A stretch of 64,000 nucleotides of DNA from Nannocystales bacterium (GCA_050633305.1 JBOEGF010000032.1:64001-128000); one strand, 5' to 3'. Numbered from the stretch's first letter, positions 8,766-19,755 are shown. Made by a program: numbers and translations. The notes: a model not told the origin generated them from the letters alone.

Positions 8766-11111
8766 CTACGGCGGGTCGGCGGCGGCGGACTCTTCGTCCT
8801 CGTCGGGGAGTTCGTCGTACAGACCGAGCAGCACATCCCCCTTGGGGAGCGCTGCAGGAACAGCCTCCTCGATGGGCTCGCTTCCTTCGAGGAAGTACTC
8901 GTCGAGCGTCTTCCCCTCGTAGCCCTCCGCCGCTGAGCCGGTCGGCACGAGCAGGCCGGATTCCGCATCGATGGTGCGCACGCTGACCGACGCGGGCGGC
9001 ACGAAACTCTTGGCCGGTCCAACCGAGACCGCTTTCATCGCGCCCAGCCAGATCGGAAGTGCCGCCTTGCCGCCGGTCTCCCCTTTGCCAACCCGCTTGG
9101 GCTGATCGAAGCCGACCCACGCCACGGTCACATGGTCGGGGGTGTAGCCGGCGAACCAGGCGTCGCGGCTCTCGTTGGAGGTCCCCGTCTTGCCCACTGC
9201 GTCTCGTCCCAACGCGCCCGCCTTCCGGCCGGTCCCTTCGGTCACCACACTTCGCATCATGCTGGTGAGCAGAAACGCGGGGCCTTCCTCGAGCACACGT
9301 CGCTTCGGCTGTTCCGGCACCCAGTCCTCTGCGCCAACGGCCTCGACTCGAGTCACGATCCGCGGCTCGATGCGCTCGCCGCCGCGGGCAAACGTCGTGT
9401 ACGCGTGCGCCATCTCGAACGGCGAGACTTCGCCGGTGCCCAGCGCGAGCGAGAGGTTCTCCGGCAGTGTGGAGTCGATGCCCATCTCGTGGGCGAACTC
9501 GACGACGGTCTTGGGGGTGAGTTCGTCGATCAGTTTGACCGGAATCGTATTGACCGACTTCGCCAGCGCGACACGAGCCCGGACCTTTCCAAGGTAGCGG
9601 TCCCGTTTGTAGTTGGTCGGCTTCCAGTCCTTGTAAACCTCGGGGCTGTCATCGAGCAGCGTCGCGGGGGAGATCGTGTTCTGTGCCAACGCAGCGCCGT
9701 ACACGAAGGGTTTGAAGGACGAGCCGGGCTGCCGCTTCGCATCCATCGCACGGTTGAAGTCACCGCGGTCGTGCGAGCTCCCGCCAACCATCGCGAGTAC
9801 GTCACCGGTGGCAACATCGAGGACGATCACCGCGGCCTGCGGGCCCGCATCGATGCGGGCCTGCGCGGGGGCATCCTTCGTCGCGGGTTTCGTAATGCGA
9901 ACCGGGACGACCGCGCCGACGGGGAACTCGGGGAGTTCGTCATCGGCGTCCGGCGTCCGCTCTCGATCCGTCAGCGCCACCGTGAGGGAGACCGCACCCG
10001 CCTTGGCCTGCAGCGTCTCCGCGCCCACCTCGGCGATCACCACTTCGAGATGTCGACCGGCCACCAGCGCGCCGGAGGCTTCTGATGCGACCCTCGCCAA
10101 CGCCTCCTCGTCCGCCACCTTCAGACCGCGGGCATACCCATTGCGTCCGTCGATCGCGACGAGCCCCGCGATCGCAGCGCGACGAACCTCGCCCTGAGTC
10201 CGCATCGAGACCGTGGTGTGAACGGCAGCGCCCACGGTCATGAGGTCGTCCCCGTAGTGCTCCCGGAGGATCGCAAGCGTGGCATCGACGAACTCCTCGG
10301 CGCCGCCCACGACGACGTCGCGTTCCTGCGGCGTTGCGAGGTCCAAGGGAGCGTCGATGTAGCGCTGCGCGTCGTCGGAGGTGGCAAACCCATGCTTGAC
10401 CATCTGCCGCAGGACGTAGACCTGCCGGGTCTTGGCCTTTTCGGGGTTTTGCAGCGGGGAGTCACGGCCCGGGGCCTTGGGCAACGTCGCAAGCAATGCA
10501 GCCTGCCCCATGTCGATGTCCGAGATGCTCTTGCCGAAGTAGAACCGACTGGCTTCCTCGATGCCGTAGCGGCCATGCCCGAGATAGATCTCGTTGAGGT
10601 ACAGCTGAAGAATTTCGGTCTTGGAGAACGCCTGCTCAAGCCGTCGCGCCAGCAGCAGCTCCTGCACCTTCCGCTCGAGACTTCGCTCCGGGCTGAGCAT
10701 GAAGGTCTTGACCACCTGCTGGGTGATCGTGGACGCACCCTGGGTCACCTTCCCTGCCCGAACGTTGGCGATGAGCGCCCGGACCATGCCCGCGTAGTCC
10801 ATCCCCTCGTGCCGATAGAAGTCGGCATCCTCCGCGGCCAAGAATGCGTTCTCGACGTGACTGGGGACCTGTTCGTACCGAATGATGGTTCGGCGCTGCT
10901 CGAACACCTCGCCGATCACCTCGCCGTCGCGCGCGTAGATCCGCGTGACCTGCGGGGGCGCGTAGTTCTTGAGCCCGTCCTCGTCGAGCGCTTCGAGGTC
11001 CTGCCCGTAGTACCAGAACATCCCGACCACCCCGCCCACGCCCGCGACCACGCCGAAGACGCATAGCGAAACGAACGAGATGATGATCCGGCGGACCCAG
11101 ACGTTCTTCAC
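8766..11111 (-). CDS. mrcA: Class A penicillin-binding protein (PBP1A)
   Basis: GT51 motifs EDADF..H.G, GASTITQQ, RKVQE; transpeptidase SSFK, SVN, KTG; GTG start overlaps trmH stop, with GGAG RBS. Confidence 0.93.
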   Translation of the reverse strand: MKNVWVRRIIISFVSLCVFGVVAGVGGVVGMFWYYGQDLEALDEDGLKNYAPPQVTRIYARDGEVIGEVFEQRRTIIRYEQVPSHVENAFLAAEDADFYRHEGMDYAGMVRALIANVRAGKVTQGASTITQQVVKTFMLSPERSLERKVQELLLARRLEQAFSKTEILQLYLNEIYLGHGRYGIEEASRFYFGKSISDIDMGQAALLATLPKAPGRDSPLQNPEKAKTRQVYVLRQMVKHGFATSDDAQRYIDAPLDLATPQERDVVVGGAEEFVDATLAILREHYGDDLMTVGAAVHTTVSMRTQGEVRRAAIAGLVAIDGRNGYARGLKVADEEALARVASEASGALVAGRHLEVVIAEVGAETLQAKAGAVSLTVALTDRERTPDADDELPEFPVGAVVPVRITKPATKDAPAQARIDAGPQAAVIVLDVATGDVLAMVGGSSHDRGDFNRAMDAKRQPGSSFKPFVYGAALAQNTISPATLLDDSPEVYKDWKPTNYKRDRYLGKVRARVALAKSVNTIPVKLIDELTPKTVVEFAHEMGIDSTLPENLSLALGTGEVSPFEMAHAYTTFARGGERIEPRIVTRVEAVGAEDWVPEQPKRRVLEEGPAFLLTSMMRSVVTEGTGRKAGALGRDAVGKTGTSNESRDAWFAGYTPDHVTVAWVGFDQPKRVGKGETGGKAALPIWLGAMKAVSVGPAKSFVPPASVSVRTIDAESGLLVPTGSAAEGYEGKTLDEYFLEGSEPIEEAVPAALPKGDVLLGLYDELPDEDEESAAADPP

Positions 11112-11800
11112 GAAGACTCCATCGGGATGCCGAGCAACGAGGACCACAACCGCTCGTCCACGCTGTCCATGTAGTGGCGCGCCCGCAGCTGGTCGCGTTG
11201 CTGCGCATCGAGGCCAACCGCCCCGGCCGCACGATGCCGGGAGGTCAGGTTGTACAGCGTGATCGCGGCGCTCACCGACAGGTTGAGGCTCTCACTCATG
11301 CCGAACATGGGGATGCGGAAGCCACCCGTACATGCCGCTCGCGCCTCGGCCGAGAGTCCGCGCGTCTCGTTGCCGAACACCACGCAGATCGGGCGGTCGA
11401 CGGGAAGCTCTTCCACCGTCCGCTCGGCGTCCATCCATGCGCCAAATATCGACACCCCGTTCAGCGTGTCCTGGCCCAGGAAATCCGAGAGATGGTCATG
11501 GTGGTGCGTACGCACCCAGCGGAACGCGCCCTGCGTTGTGTTCTTGGCATGAAGTGCTCTGCGCTCGCTTGCCACGAGGTGGACGTCCAACACCCCCAAC
11601 GCTTCAGCAGTCCGCACGACGGCCGCCGCGTTGTGAGGGTCGCTTGGGGCCTCGATTGCGACCTGAATCTGGGGCAGACGTCGGTCGAGGAGCCGCTCGA
11701 TCTTCTCCCGCCGGACCTCGGTCACGTAGGGGGTCAGCGTCTGAGCAATGTGCGTTGCGGTGTGGGCCTGAGTGAGGCGCGCAAAGGTGCGATCGTCCAT
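11108..11800 (-). CDS. trmH: TrmH/SpoU family RNA methyltransferase
   Basis: DPHNAAAVVRTAEALG, VFGNETRGLS, IPMFGMSESLNLSVSA; start could be 11821. Confidence 0.88.
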   Translation of the reverse strand: MDDRTFARLTQAHTATHIAQTLTPYVTEVRREKIERLLDRRLPQIQVAIEAPSDPHNAAAVVRTAEALGVLDVHLVASERRALHAKNTTQGAFRWVRTHHHDHLSDFLGQDTLNGVSIFGAWMDAERTVEELPVDRPICVVFGNETRGLSAEARAACTGGFRIPMFGMSESLNLSVSAAITLYNLTSRHRAAGAVGLDAQQRDQLRARHYMDSVDERLWSSLLGIPMESS

Positions 11801-11914
11801 CGAACGCCGAGACAATGGCATGCGTAGCGCGGGTTGCACACCCCACCAACGCGCGAGCGAGCCGTTGTCATCCCGCGCCGCCGACCCCCGCCGCGCATGC
11901 CGCAGAACCCGGCC

Positions 11915-14296
11915 CTAGCCGTCCATGGCGGGACTTCCGAGATCGTCGACGTTCGCGGGATCCTCGCTCCCAGGAAGGTCTTCGAGGCTCGGCAGCCCGT
12001 CATACCCGTCCGCCGGATCGAGGTCGAGATCGAGGTCGGAGGGGACCTCCGGTGGTGGGTCATCGAGCACGGCCGCGCTGCTCAGCAGTCCGGAGAGCGG
12101 CATCTGGGTGAACGTGCCTGCGCGCATCCGCTTGATTCGGGCCTGGCACGTCTTGACCGATCCCCGACGGCGGAGATCGAACACCACGGGCTGCTCCTTC
12201 CAGAGTTCATACTCGAGGTCGGACAACCGGCCGCGCTCGTTCATCAGTCGCAGGATCCGCTGCACCTTGATGTTAAAGCGCTCGGACAGCTCCCCGTTGC
12301 AGTAGTAGACGCTGCGCTTGACCGGGCTGGGCAGCATCAGCGCCAGGAACACCGCCTCTGGAGGATCGAGGTCACCGGGGTGTTTTCCGAAGTAGTAACT
12401 CGACGCATCGACGATCCCATAGATGCCTGGGCCGTACTCGATCCCGTTGAGGTACAGCTCCATGATCCGGTCCTTGCTGAGGACCTTTTCGACGTACCAA
12501 GTCAGGAACATCTCTTGGAACTTCCGAGACAACGTCCGCTCGTGCCCGAGCAGCACGTTCTTGACCATCTGCATGGTGATCGTCGAGGCACCGAGCCGCA
12601 CCCGTCCCGCCGCGAGGTTTCGACGCAGCGCCACCTCGAACTGTGAGGGCATGAAGCCGTTGTGCTTCCAGAATCCTCCGTCCTCCGTCGTACGGATCGC
12701 CGCGGTCACCACCGGAGAGATCTGACGGATCGAAGCGAACCCGCGAGCGCCGGGGAACATCTGCACCGAAGAGGTCCCACCGTCGTTCAGCAGCACGCGG
12801 TGCGTGAACCCGCTGGCGAGACGATCGCGGTCCGCGACGATCGGCGTGGCTCGAACCTCGCACCCCTCCATGTCGACGAGTCCGCCCAGAGCGAGCGTCT
12901 CGAGGTCGGCGTAGTCGACTTGCAAGGTGACATGCGCGCCAAACTCTCCGCCCAACCGGAACCCGTCGAGCCCAGGGGCGAAGCCGTCGGGCACCGCGTC
13001 GAGCACCGACTGGCAGGCCACGTGCGGCAGATCAGCCACAACATCGTAGCGACGCCCCCGCTTGCGTTCGGGGTGTTCCAACACCGCAGAGGCCGTCAGC
13101 TTCACGCCCCGACGCTCCACATCGACGTAGTGCAGGATCGCGCGCCGGCCGACGGGGTCGACCTCTGCGGCGAAGGACACATCCATCCCGAGGTCGCGGA
13201 CCGTCTGCCGCGCCAGAGTTGGGGACGAAACCCCAAAGCCCTGCAGCGAAAGATCTCCTTCGAGGGCGGCCACCCCATCGCCGAACACGACCGCGAGGTG
13301 GCCCCCGACGGTGGCCTCATCCGACTCCACCAGCGGCAGTTTTGCGATGACGTCTTGGGGGACGCGGGCGACCTCGAAGGCGTCCATGTCGAGCCGTAGG
13401 ACACCTTCGGAGAGATCGCGGCGAACGCGGCCCGCGACCGACCACAGCTTTTCGACAGCCGACTGGGTCTTGGCGTCGCCGAACGCCCCCGCAAGGTCGA
13501 GCGAGATCTCGGTCCCGTTCGCATCCGAGGCCTGCACCCACCCGTCGACTCCAGCCACCGCGATCCCCTCCTCGATCGGGGCGGCGACACCTCGGACCTC
13601 GACGCGTTGCGGAAAGCGGATCGCGTAGCCCTCTTCGGTCTTGTCCGCCTGAACCGTCGCGCTGAGTGACCTCGCGAGAATCTCCGCCCCCTCGCCGTTG
13701 TCGAGTTGGATCTCCGAGGCCGAGCTCACCACGCGCAGCGCAGCCACGTCGATGTTCGCGTCGAGCGTCGCTCGAACCCGGCGCGCACCCCGAGTCACAT
13801 CCAGCTTGAGGCCCTCGATGCGGAGCTGCTCTGGCCGCATTTTCACGCGGCCGGTCGAGACCTTGGCGCCCGGCTTGCGCCCGGAGCGAATGCGTCGGAC
13901 GAGATCCTGGAAGCTCTCGACCGTCCCGCTTGCGAGGCCACCGTGGACTCGCGCCGCCGTGACTTGTGCGACCCCGGACCACAGCGCGTCCTCATCGAGG
14001 CTGACCTCGACGCGGTCGAGTGTGATCGTGGGCTCTCCGTCCCCGCCCCCGACTCGAACCGACGCCAACGAGACTTGTCCCCACTCGACGGTGACCTTCT
14101 CGACCTCAAATCCGACCTTGAGTCGGCGCCGAATCCGTTCCTCGATCTGGGCTTCAGCATAGGGAACCGCGAGCAGCGGGATGGCGGCCGCGCTCAGGCC
14201 CAGAGCCACGACCAACGCGACCAACAACACCCCGACGACGACCGGCCAGCGGCGTCGTTTGGGTTTGGGGGCAGGTGATCGCGCGGGGGGCATCAT
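11915..14296 (-). CDS. Large monofunctional peptidoglycan transglycosylase (GT51) with long beta-rich N-terminal region
   Basis: N-terminal TM; C-terminal TEDGGFWKHNGF, GASTITMQMVKN, RKFQE, YLNGIEYG; no transpeptidase motifs seen. Confidence 0.85.
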   Translation of the reverse strand: MMPPARSPAPKPKRRRWPVVVGVLLVALVVALGLSAAAIPLLAVPYAEAQIEERIRRRLKVGFEVEKVTVEWGQVSLASVRVGGGDGEPTITLDRVEVSLDEDALWSGVAQVTAARVHGGLASGTVESFQDLVRRIRSGRKPGAKVSTGRVKMRPEQLRIEGLKLDVTRGARRVRATLDANIDVAALRVVSSASEIQLDNGEGAEILARSLSATVQADKTEEGYAIRFPQRVEVRGVAAPIEEGIAVAGVDGWVQASDANGTEISLDLAGAFGDAKTQSAVEKLWSVAGRVRRDLSEGVLRLDMDAFEVARVPQDVIAKLPLVESDEATVGGHLAVVFGDGVAALEGDLSLQGFGVSSPTLARQTVRDLGMDVSFAAEVDPVGRRAILHYVDVERRGVKLTASAVLEHPERKRGRRYDVVADLPHVACQSVLDAVPDGFAPGLDGFRLGGEFGAHVTLQVDYADLETLALGGLVDMEGCEVRATPIVADRDRLASGFTHRVLLNDGGTSSVQMFPGARGFASIRQISPVVTAAIRTTEDGGFWKHNGFMPSQFEVALRRNLAAGRVRLGASTITMQMVKNVLLGHERTLSRKFQEMFLTWYVEKVLSKDRIMELYLNGIEYGPGIYGIVDASSYYFGKHPGDLDPPEAVFLALMLPSPVKRSVYYCNGELSERFNIKVQRILRLMNERGRLSDLEYELWKEQPVVFDLRRRGSVKTCQARIKRMRAGTFTQMPLSGLLSSAAVLDDPPPEVPSDLDLDLDPADGYDGLPSLEDLPGSEDPANVDDLGSPAMDG

Positions 14297-14436
14297 CGGT
14301 GGGCCGTTCCTCGTACGCGGGCTGCAAGCCCGGGATTCCGCGGCCAGGCCGGATGGTAGACGAAGCCGAACCAAAAGAAACGCCGCGCTCAACGAGCACG
14401 GCGAGTCTGGCTACTTCGTGGCGAGGACTGGAGGGC

Positions 14437-15003
14437 TCAGCGACGGGCGCACTGGATGGCCCAGAAGATCCGTCCTGTCACCTCACCGGACTTGTGCTCG
14501 CCGCCCTGGACAAAGAACAAACCGTTGTCTTCGATGCTGTAGTCCATCGCGACGAGGTTCTTCTTGCCGTCGCGGTGGGTCAGATCCAGGTGCAGCTTGA
14601 GCTTCTTCTCGTCTCCACCGAGAAGGCTCAGCTTCATCTTGTGCCCGGTCTTGAACTCGGCTGCCGTGGCCTTGCTGACCTTGAGTTCGACCTTCTTGGA
14701 CCCCAGGAGGTGGAACGACTTGTAGCGGTCGTACGGCTCGTCCGTGAGCCACTCCTTCATGAACTCGAGGTTCTTGGGAATCTTACCGTCGCCCTCCTTG
14801 GAGGCGAGGACCGCGTGGACCTTGCAGACGGCTTTTTCGGCGTTGGTGCTGGCCTTCGGTTTGGCCTTCGGACTGGCCGGCTTCTTCGCCGGCGCCGCGT
14901 GGGCGCTCGTGGAAACCGAGGCGACTGCCGCGAGTGCAGCAGCAGGCACGAGGAGGGAGCTGAGGGCCAGGGAGAGCAAGCTCTTGGTGCGTCGGGGCTT
15001 CAT
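14437..15003 (-). CDS. Hypothetical secreted Lys-rich protein
   Basis: Signal peptide ending AHA; ATGA overlap with the anti-sigma gene. Confidence 0.7.
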   Translation of the reverse strand: MKPRRTKSLLSLALSSLLVPAAALAAVASVSTSAHAAPAKKPASPKAKPKASTNAEKAVCKVHAVLASKEGDGKIPKNLEFMKEWLTDEPYDRYKSFHLLGSKKVELKVSKATAAEFKTGHKMKLSLLGGDEKKLKLHLDLTHRDGKKNLVAMDYSIEDNGLFFVQGGEHKSGEVTGRIFWAIQCARR

Positions 15004-15740
15004 AGCGAACGCTCGGTGTCTTTGGGCTGGGCCTCTTCTTCGAGGTAGAGGACGGTGACGGTCCCGGTCTTGGAGATGCGGCCGGTGTGTCCCGAGAACT
15101 CGACCCCGTGAATCTCTGCCTCGACCTTCTTGGGGCTGGGCAGGTCATCCTCGGCACCCAGTGCAGGGTCCGGGTTGGGAAGATCTTGGGCGGCGGCCAT
15201 GCGTTCTCCGAGTGGGAGAGCCGAAGGAGCATCCTTCGTCTCGGCGCCCGGAGCGACAGCCGTGTCCGGCTCCTGATTCGCTGCGGGCTCCTGTGCAGAC
15301 GCGACAGCGCCGGGATTATTCTCGGCGTCCGGCCCTTTGTTGGGGTCCGGGTTCGGAGTCGACACCACCACCAGTGTCACAGCCGCGGCAGCCGCCGCCG
15401 CCGCGAGCGGGAGACGTGCCGGCCGGAGCGCAGTCCAGACTCTGGACCACAGCGAGCCCGCGGAAGACGGAGCCGCAGCAGCCGCCTCGCGGTCGAGCTG
15501 ACGGTCGATGTCATCCCAGATCTGCTCAAACCGGGCCTGCGGGATCTCTGCCGCCTTGGTTTTGAGCGTCTCTTGTACGAGACCGCGAACAATCCCCATC
15601 TGCGCGAGTTCATCGCGCAGGTCGGGATCGGCGTCGATCTGGGCGGCGAGCTCGTGGGCCTCGGCCCCGGTGCTTTCGCCGTCGAAGTGAAGCGCGAGTT
15701 CGTCACGCGACACGCCGGAGGTTCCAACTTGGTTGGTCAT
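15000..15740 (-). CDS. Putative anti-sigma factor (single TM)
   Basis: LALHFDGE...N-terminal anti-sigma-like helix, TM, periplasmic tail; coupled to the ECF sigma gene. Confidence 0.75.
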   Translation of the reverse strand: MTNQVGTSGVSRDELALHFDGESTGAEAHELAAQIDADPDLRDELAQMGIVRGLVQETLKTKAAEIPQARFEQIWDDIDRQLDREAAAAAPSSAGSLWSRVWTALRPARLPLAAAAAAAAVTLVVVSTPNPDPNKGPDAENNPGAVASAQEPAANQEPDTAVAPGAETKDAPSALPLGERMAAAQDLPNPDPALGAEDDLPSPKKVEAEIHGVEFSGHTGRISKTGTVTVLYLEEEAQPKDTERSL

Positions 15741-16456
15741 GATGCAGCCTCCTGTGAGACGGACCCGGATGCCCCGGTGTTCGATTTGGACTCAGGTTTA
15801 TTTCCGGCCTTCGCCTTTTTCGGTTTGGGACTCCCATCCGGGTCGTCCTCGGTCGTGCTCGGGACGTGCTCTAGGCGCGTCTTGAGCTGCTTTTGCATGT
15901 TCCGGCGGGCGTGGAACAGCCGGCTCATGATCGTGCCCTTGGAGCAGTTCATCGCCTTGGCCATGTCCGCATAGGAGAGGCCTTGCAGCTCGCGCATGAC
16001 GATCACCATCCGATGCTTCTCGCTGAGTTCGTCCAAGCTGTTCTCGACCGCATCGAGGATCTCCTTGTTGCGGACGGCCTTGGAGGGGTCCCCCAGCGTG
16101 GAGGCTGGAAGACGGTCGGACGATGCATCGGTCTCGCCGTCATGGCGCAGCTTGTCGTCGAACTCGACGTCCTTCTTGCGGCCGGCGCGCCGGAGGTGGT
16201 CGATGCAGAGGTTGGCGACGATTCGATACAGCCACGTGTAGAAGCTGGATTGACCCTCGAACTTCGGCAGGTAGCGGTGGACCTTGATGAAGGCCTCTTG
16301 GGTGACGTCCAGCGCATCTTCCTGGTTCCGGAGGAATCCATACGCAACGGCGTAGACCTTGCGCTCATAGCGCTTAAACAGGATCTGGAACGCACGACGA
16401 TCCCCACCCTTGCAGGCTTCGACCAGCTCGTGGTCGTCGGCTTCGTTGGAAACCAC
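15737..16456 (-). CDS. ECF RNA polymerase sigma factor (RpoE-like)
   Basis: DALDVTQEAFIK, FYTWLYRIVANLCID, region 4 GLSYADMA...KGTIMSRLFHAR. Confidence 0.93.
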   Translation of the reverse strand: MVSNEADDHELVEACKGGDRRAFQILFKRYERKVYAVAYGFLRNQEDALDVTQEAFIKVHRYLPKFEGQSSFYTWLYRIVANLCIDHLRRAGRKKDVEFDDKLRHDGETDASSDRLPASTLGDPSKAVRNKEILDAVENSLDELSEKHRMVIVMRELQGLSYADMAKAMNCSKGTIMSRLFHARRNMQKQLKTRLEHVPSTTEDDPDGSPKPKKAKAGNKPESKSNTGASGSVSQEAAS

Positions 16457-16641
16457 GTGTTGCTCGCGCTTCGACGGCCGGCGATGGGGACTATTCAGGG
16501 GCGAATGTCTGTCCCGTTAGAACCCGGCCCCGGAACGGGGCGGTGGGGTCGCGGCAGCCCGGCCAGTGACTGCGTGGCGAAGCGCGGTTATACCTTTCCT
16601 CGCCCCCCGCGCGCCAACCCCTGGCCAGCGCGAGGCGCAAT

Positions 16642-19600
16642 GTGGAGCTCCGCTTGGCTGTCCCGCCCTCGAATACCGTTGCGCCGCTGACGCGGTTTTT
16701 GGTCTCAGCGTCCCGCATCGCGGCTCTACGCACCGCTGGCGCGGGGCTGTTCGATGCCGCCCTGATCGCCTGTGCATGCGCGGGAGCCGGCGCTTGGCTC
16801 GCAGGATGGACACTTCGCGGCGACATCGTGGCCCCGGTCGCGCTCGGGGCGGCCAGCGTCAGCCTGCTCGTCTGGGTAGGGCGCCACGCACTCCATGCCT
16901 GGCGGGCCCACGGGCGCCCGATGCGAACCGCAGCTTCGATCGCCCGCCACCGTGGGCCGCTCGGCGAGGACGGTCCCGGGCACGTCGCGGCCGATCGGAG
17001 CCTCCGTCATGAAGTGATGGGGGCGATGGAGCTGGCCAGCGGCGCCGAGGTCCGCTCGCCCGATCTCGCCGCGGCCTACATCGACGACGTCGCGCGCCGC
17101 GTCCGCCAACCGAGAATCGACGCGGCCCTCGCCCTGCCCAGTCCGCGCTGGCGAGCCCGCGCCGCGGCTTCGATGCTCGTCGGGGCACTCGCGGTGTCCT
17201 GCGTGGTGGCCCCCACGGCCGTCGGTGGTCTGGCCCTGTTGCTCTCCGGTCACGACGGTCGCCCCCCTGCCCCTCCCGAGCCCGCGTGGTCATCGCTGAC
17301 CCTGGAGCTTCGGTATCCGGAGCACACGCGCCGGCCGCCTCGGGTCGTCCCCAACCCCAGCGGCGCCCTTCGAGTGGTCGCTGGAACCGAGGTCATGCTG
17401 ACTCTAGAAGCGTGGCGACCCGCAGCACAGGCCCGCGCGGTCCTCAACTACGACCCAAGCGCGGAGCTCGAGCACCCCGAGCCCGAGGTCGTTGAGCTCA
17501 CCGCCCTCCCCCCCGACCCCGACAACCCCGAGGCGAAACCTGGCCTCCGCTTCGAGGGCACCTTCGTCGCACGTGGCGCCGGCACATGGACCGTCGTCCT
17601 GCTCGACGAACCCGACGCCGAGGACGACGCCCGGCATTCGCCACCGATGCCGCTCGTGCTCGAAGACGACCGCGCTCCGGATGTCGAGCTGCTGCCGCTG
17701 CCCGCGGCACAGCGGGAAGTCAGCGAGCAACAGAGCGTCGATGTGCGCTTCGTCGCCCGGGATGATTTCGGCGTGGCCTCGGCGGAGCTCGTCTATCAGA
17801 TGCCCGACGGGACCACGCACCGACTCAGTGCGGGGACTCCAACCGCGTCCAACCGCGCCTGGCGACAACGCTACACCTGGGACCTCTCCTCGGTCCCCAT
17901 CGAGCAGCGCAGCGAGGTCCTGTACTGGGTCGAGGTCCGCGACAACGACCCGGGATTGGGCCTGATCGCCCTCGCCGACCCACCGGGAAAGATGACGCGC
18001 TCGGCCACAATGTCGCTGGTCGTCCAAGACGATGAAGCCGAGCACGCGGCCAACATCGTCAAGCTCGCGGAGCTCCGCGATCGCGCCGTGGACCTTCTGG
18101 CCGCCCGTATGACCACGCGGGCGTTCGAGGAGGCCCCAACCGACCCCGCGGGCTTCGAGATCCCGCTCCCTGTCCAAGCCGCCGGCGCTCGTGAGCTGCT
18201 GGGGGGCAGCGGACAGCTCCTGGCGATGCTCGCGCTGGCGATCGACTCACTCAGCGTCGACACGCTCACCCACGAGCGCGACGTCGCGATTCTGACCAAG
18301 GTTCATAAGCGCCTCAAGGGTCTGCACGACGAGGCGCTGAAGCTGCACGTCAAGATGCCGACCGGACTCGAACGGCGAGACCCCGATGCCACCGACGCGG
18401 CGCTCGACAAGCTCGGGAAACACAACGAAGAAGAAATCACCCAGCTCGAGGACGAGATCATCCGTATCGACGACCTCGTCGACGGTCAGGTCATCGAGCG
18501 GCTCGAAGCGCTGGTCGCCCGGCTCGAGGCAACACAGCGCAAACTCGTCGACCTGCTCGAGCAGCTCAAGGCCGGCGATTCGTCCGCACGCGCGCAGATC
18601 GAACAACTCGAGCAGCGGCGGAGGGACGACCTGCGCCGGATCGCCGAAGCGCGCGCCATGCTCCGCGAGGAGCTCGATCCCGAGTTCATGAACCTCGACG
18701 CATTCAAGGCGTTGGAGGACATGAAGAAGCAAGAGCAGCTCTCCGAGATGCTTCGCCAAGGCAAGACGGACGAGGCCCTCGAAGCCGCCAAGGGGCAGCT
18801 GGGCGAGGTTCAGCAGCTGCGCGATGCCGTCCAGGAGAAGCTCGGTCAGCCCCAGGGTGAAGCGCCTGCCCTCTCGGAGGAGGAGCGTCAGCGCATGGAG
18901 CTGCTGCGTGAACTCAGCCGACTGCAGGACGAGGAGTCGAGCGTTCGCTCCAAGACCCAGGAACTCGAAGAGGCCTACCGGTCCAAGGTCAAGTCACAGG
19001 CCGCGCAGGAGGATGACCGGAAGGATGCTGGTGCACAGGCGCAGGCGCTTCGAAAGTCGCTCGAGGAGATCAATGACGCCCGCCTGGGACGCGACGCCCG
19101 GCGCGGACTGGAAGATGCACGCGCGGCCCTCGAACGCCTCGAGGACACCGCTGAGCGCGAAGACGCGACGCAGCTGCAACTCGATGATGCGGCTCGGGCC
19201 GCCGCGGAGGGGTTGCAACGCGCGCAGGCGGGCTCCGAGACCACGGAGCGGGAGGGCAAGGCGCTGAAGAAGGCTGGGAAGAAGGCTCAGGCGCTGCGCA
19301 CCCAGACACGCAAGCCGCTCCCGGGCACGTCCGATGTCTTGGATGCGACCCAACAAGCCAAACTCGAGGAGCTCGAGGGCCGGCAAGAAGGACTGCGGAC
19401 GAGAGCCTCGACGCTGATGGAGTCGGACAACGCGAAGCTGCTCCCCAAGGAAGGCCGCGGCGCGATGCGAGACGCCGACGGCTCGATGGAGCGAAGCGCG
19501 GACGAGCTCGGCAAGGACGGAACAGAACGGGCTCTCCAAGCCCAGAACGGGGCCTGGAACGCGCTGCAGCGCGCGATTGACAGTCTCCGGGAAGGTCCCC

Positions 19601-19755
19601 CTCCGCCCCCTCCGCAGGGCGGTTCCCACGATGCCAGCACCGAGGCCGAACGCGACCGCAGCCTCCGGGACGCGCTCATGGAGGCGATGAAGGAGAAGTC
19701 GCCCGATGGATACGATGCGCCCGTGAAGCGTTACTACGAGGAGTTGCTCCGATGA
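16642..19755 (+). CDS. DUF4175-like membrane-anchored coiled-coil protein
   Basis: N-terminal TMs, Ig-like segment (ARDDFGV), long coiled coil, C-terminal VKRYYEELL. Confidence 0.75.
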   Translation: MELRLAVPPSNTVAPLTRFLVSASRIAALRTAGAGLFDAALIACACAGAGAWLAGWTLRGDIVAPVALGAASVSLLVWVGRHALHAWRAHGRPMRTAASIARHRGPLGEDGPGHVAADRSLRHEVMGAMELASGAEVRSPDLAAAYIDDVARRVRQPRIDAALALPSPRWRARAAASMLVGALAVSCVVAPTAVGGLALLLSGHDGRPPAPPEPAWSSLTLELRYPEHTRRPPRVVPNPSGALRVVAGTEVMLTLEAWRPAAQARAVLNYDPSAELEHPEPEVVELTALPPDPDNPEAKPGLRFEGTFVARGAGTWTVVLLDEPDAEDDARHSPPMPLVLEDDRAPDVELLPLPAAQREVSEQQSVDVRFVARDDFGVASAELVYQMPDGTTHRLSAGTPTASNRAWRQRYTWDLSSVPIEQRSEVLYWVEVRDNDPGLGLIALADPPGKMTRSATMSLVVQDDEAEHAANIVKLAELRDRAVDLLAARMTTRAFEEAPTDPAGFEIPLPVQAAGARELLGGSGQLLAMLALAIDSLSVDTLTHERDVAILTKVHKRLKGLHDEALKLHVKMPTGLERRDPDATDAALDKLGKHNEEEITQLEDEIIRIDDLVDGQVIERLEALVARLEATQRKLVDLLEQLKAGDSSARAQIEQLEQRRRDDLRRIAEARAMLREELDPEFMNLDAFKALEDMKKQEQLSEMLRQGKTDEALEAAKGQLGEVQQLRDAVQEKLGQPQGEAPALSEEERQRMELLRELSRLQDEESSVRSKTQELEEAYRSKVKSQAAQEDDRKDAGAQAQALRKSLEEINDARLGRDARRGLEDARAALERLEDTAEREDATQLQLDDAARAAAEGLQRAQAGSETTEREGKALKKAGKKAQALRTQTRKPLPGTSDVLDATQQAKLEELEGRQEGLRTRASTLMESDNAKLLPKEGRGAMRDADGSMERSADELGKDGTERALQAQNGAWNALQRAIDSLREGPPPPPPQGGSHDASTEAERDRSLRDALMEAMKEKSPDGYDAPVKRYYEELLR

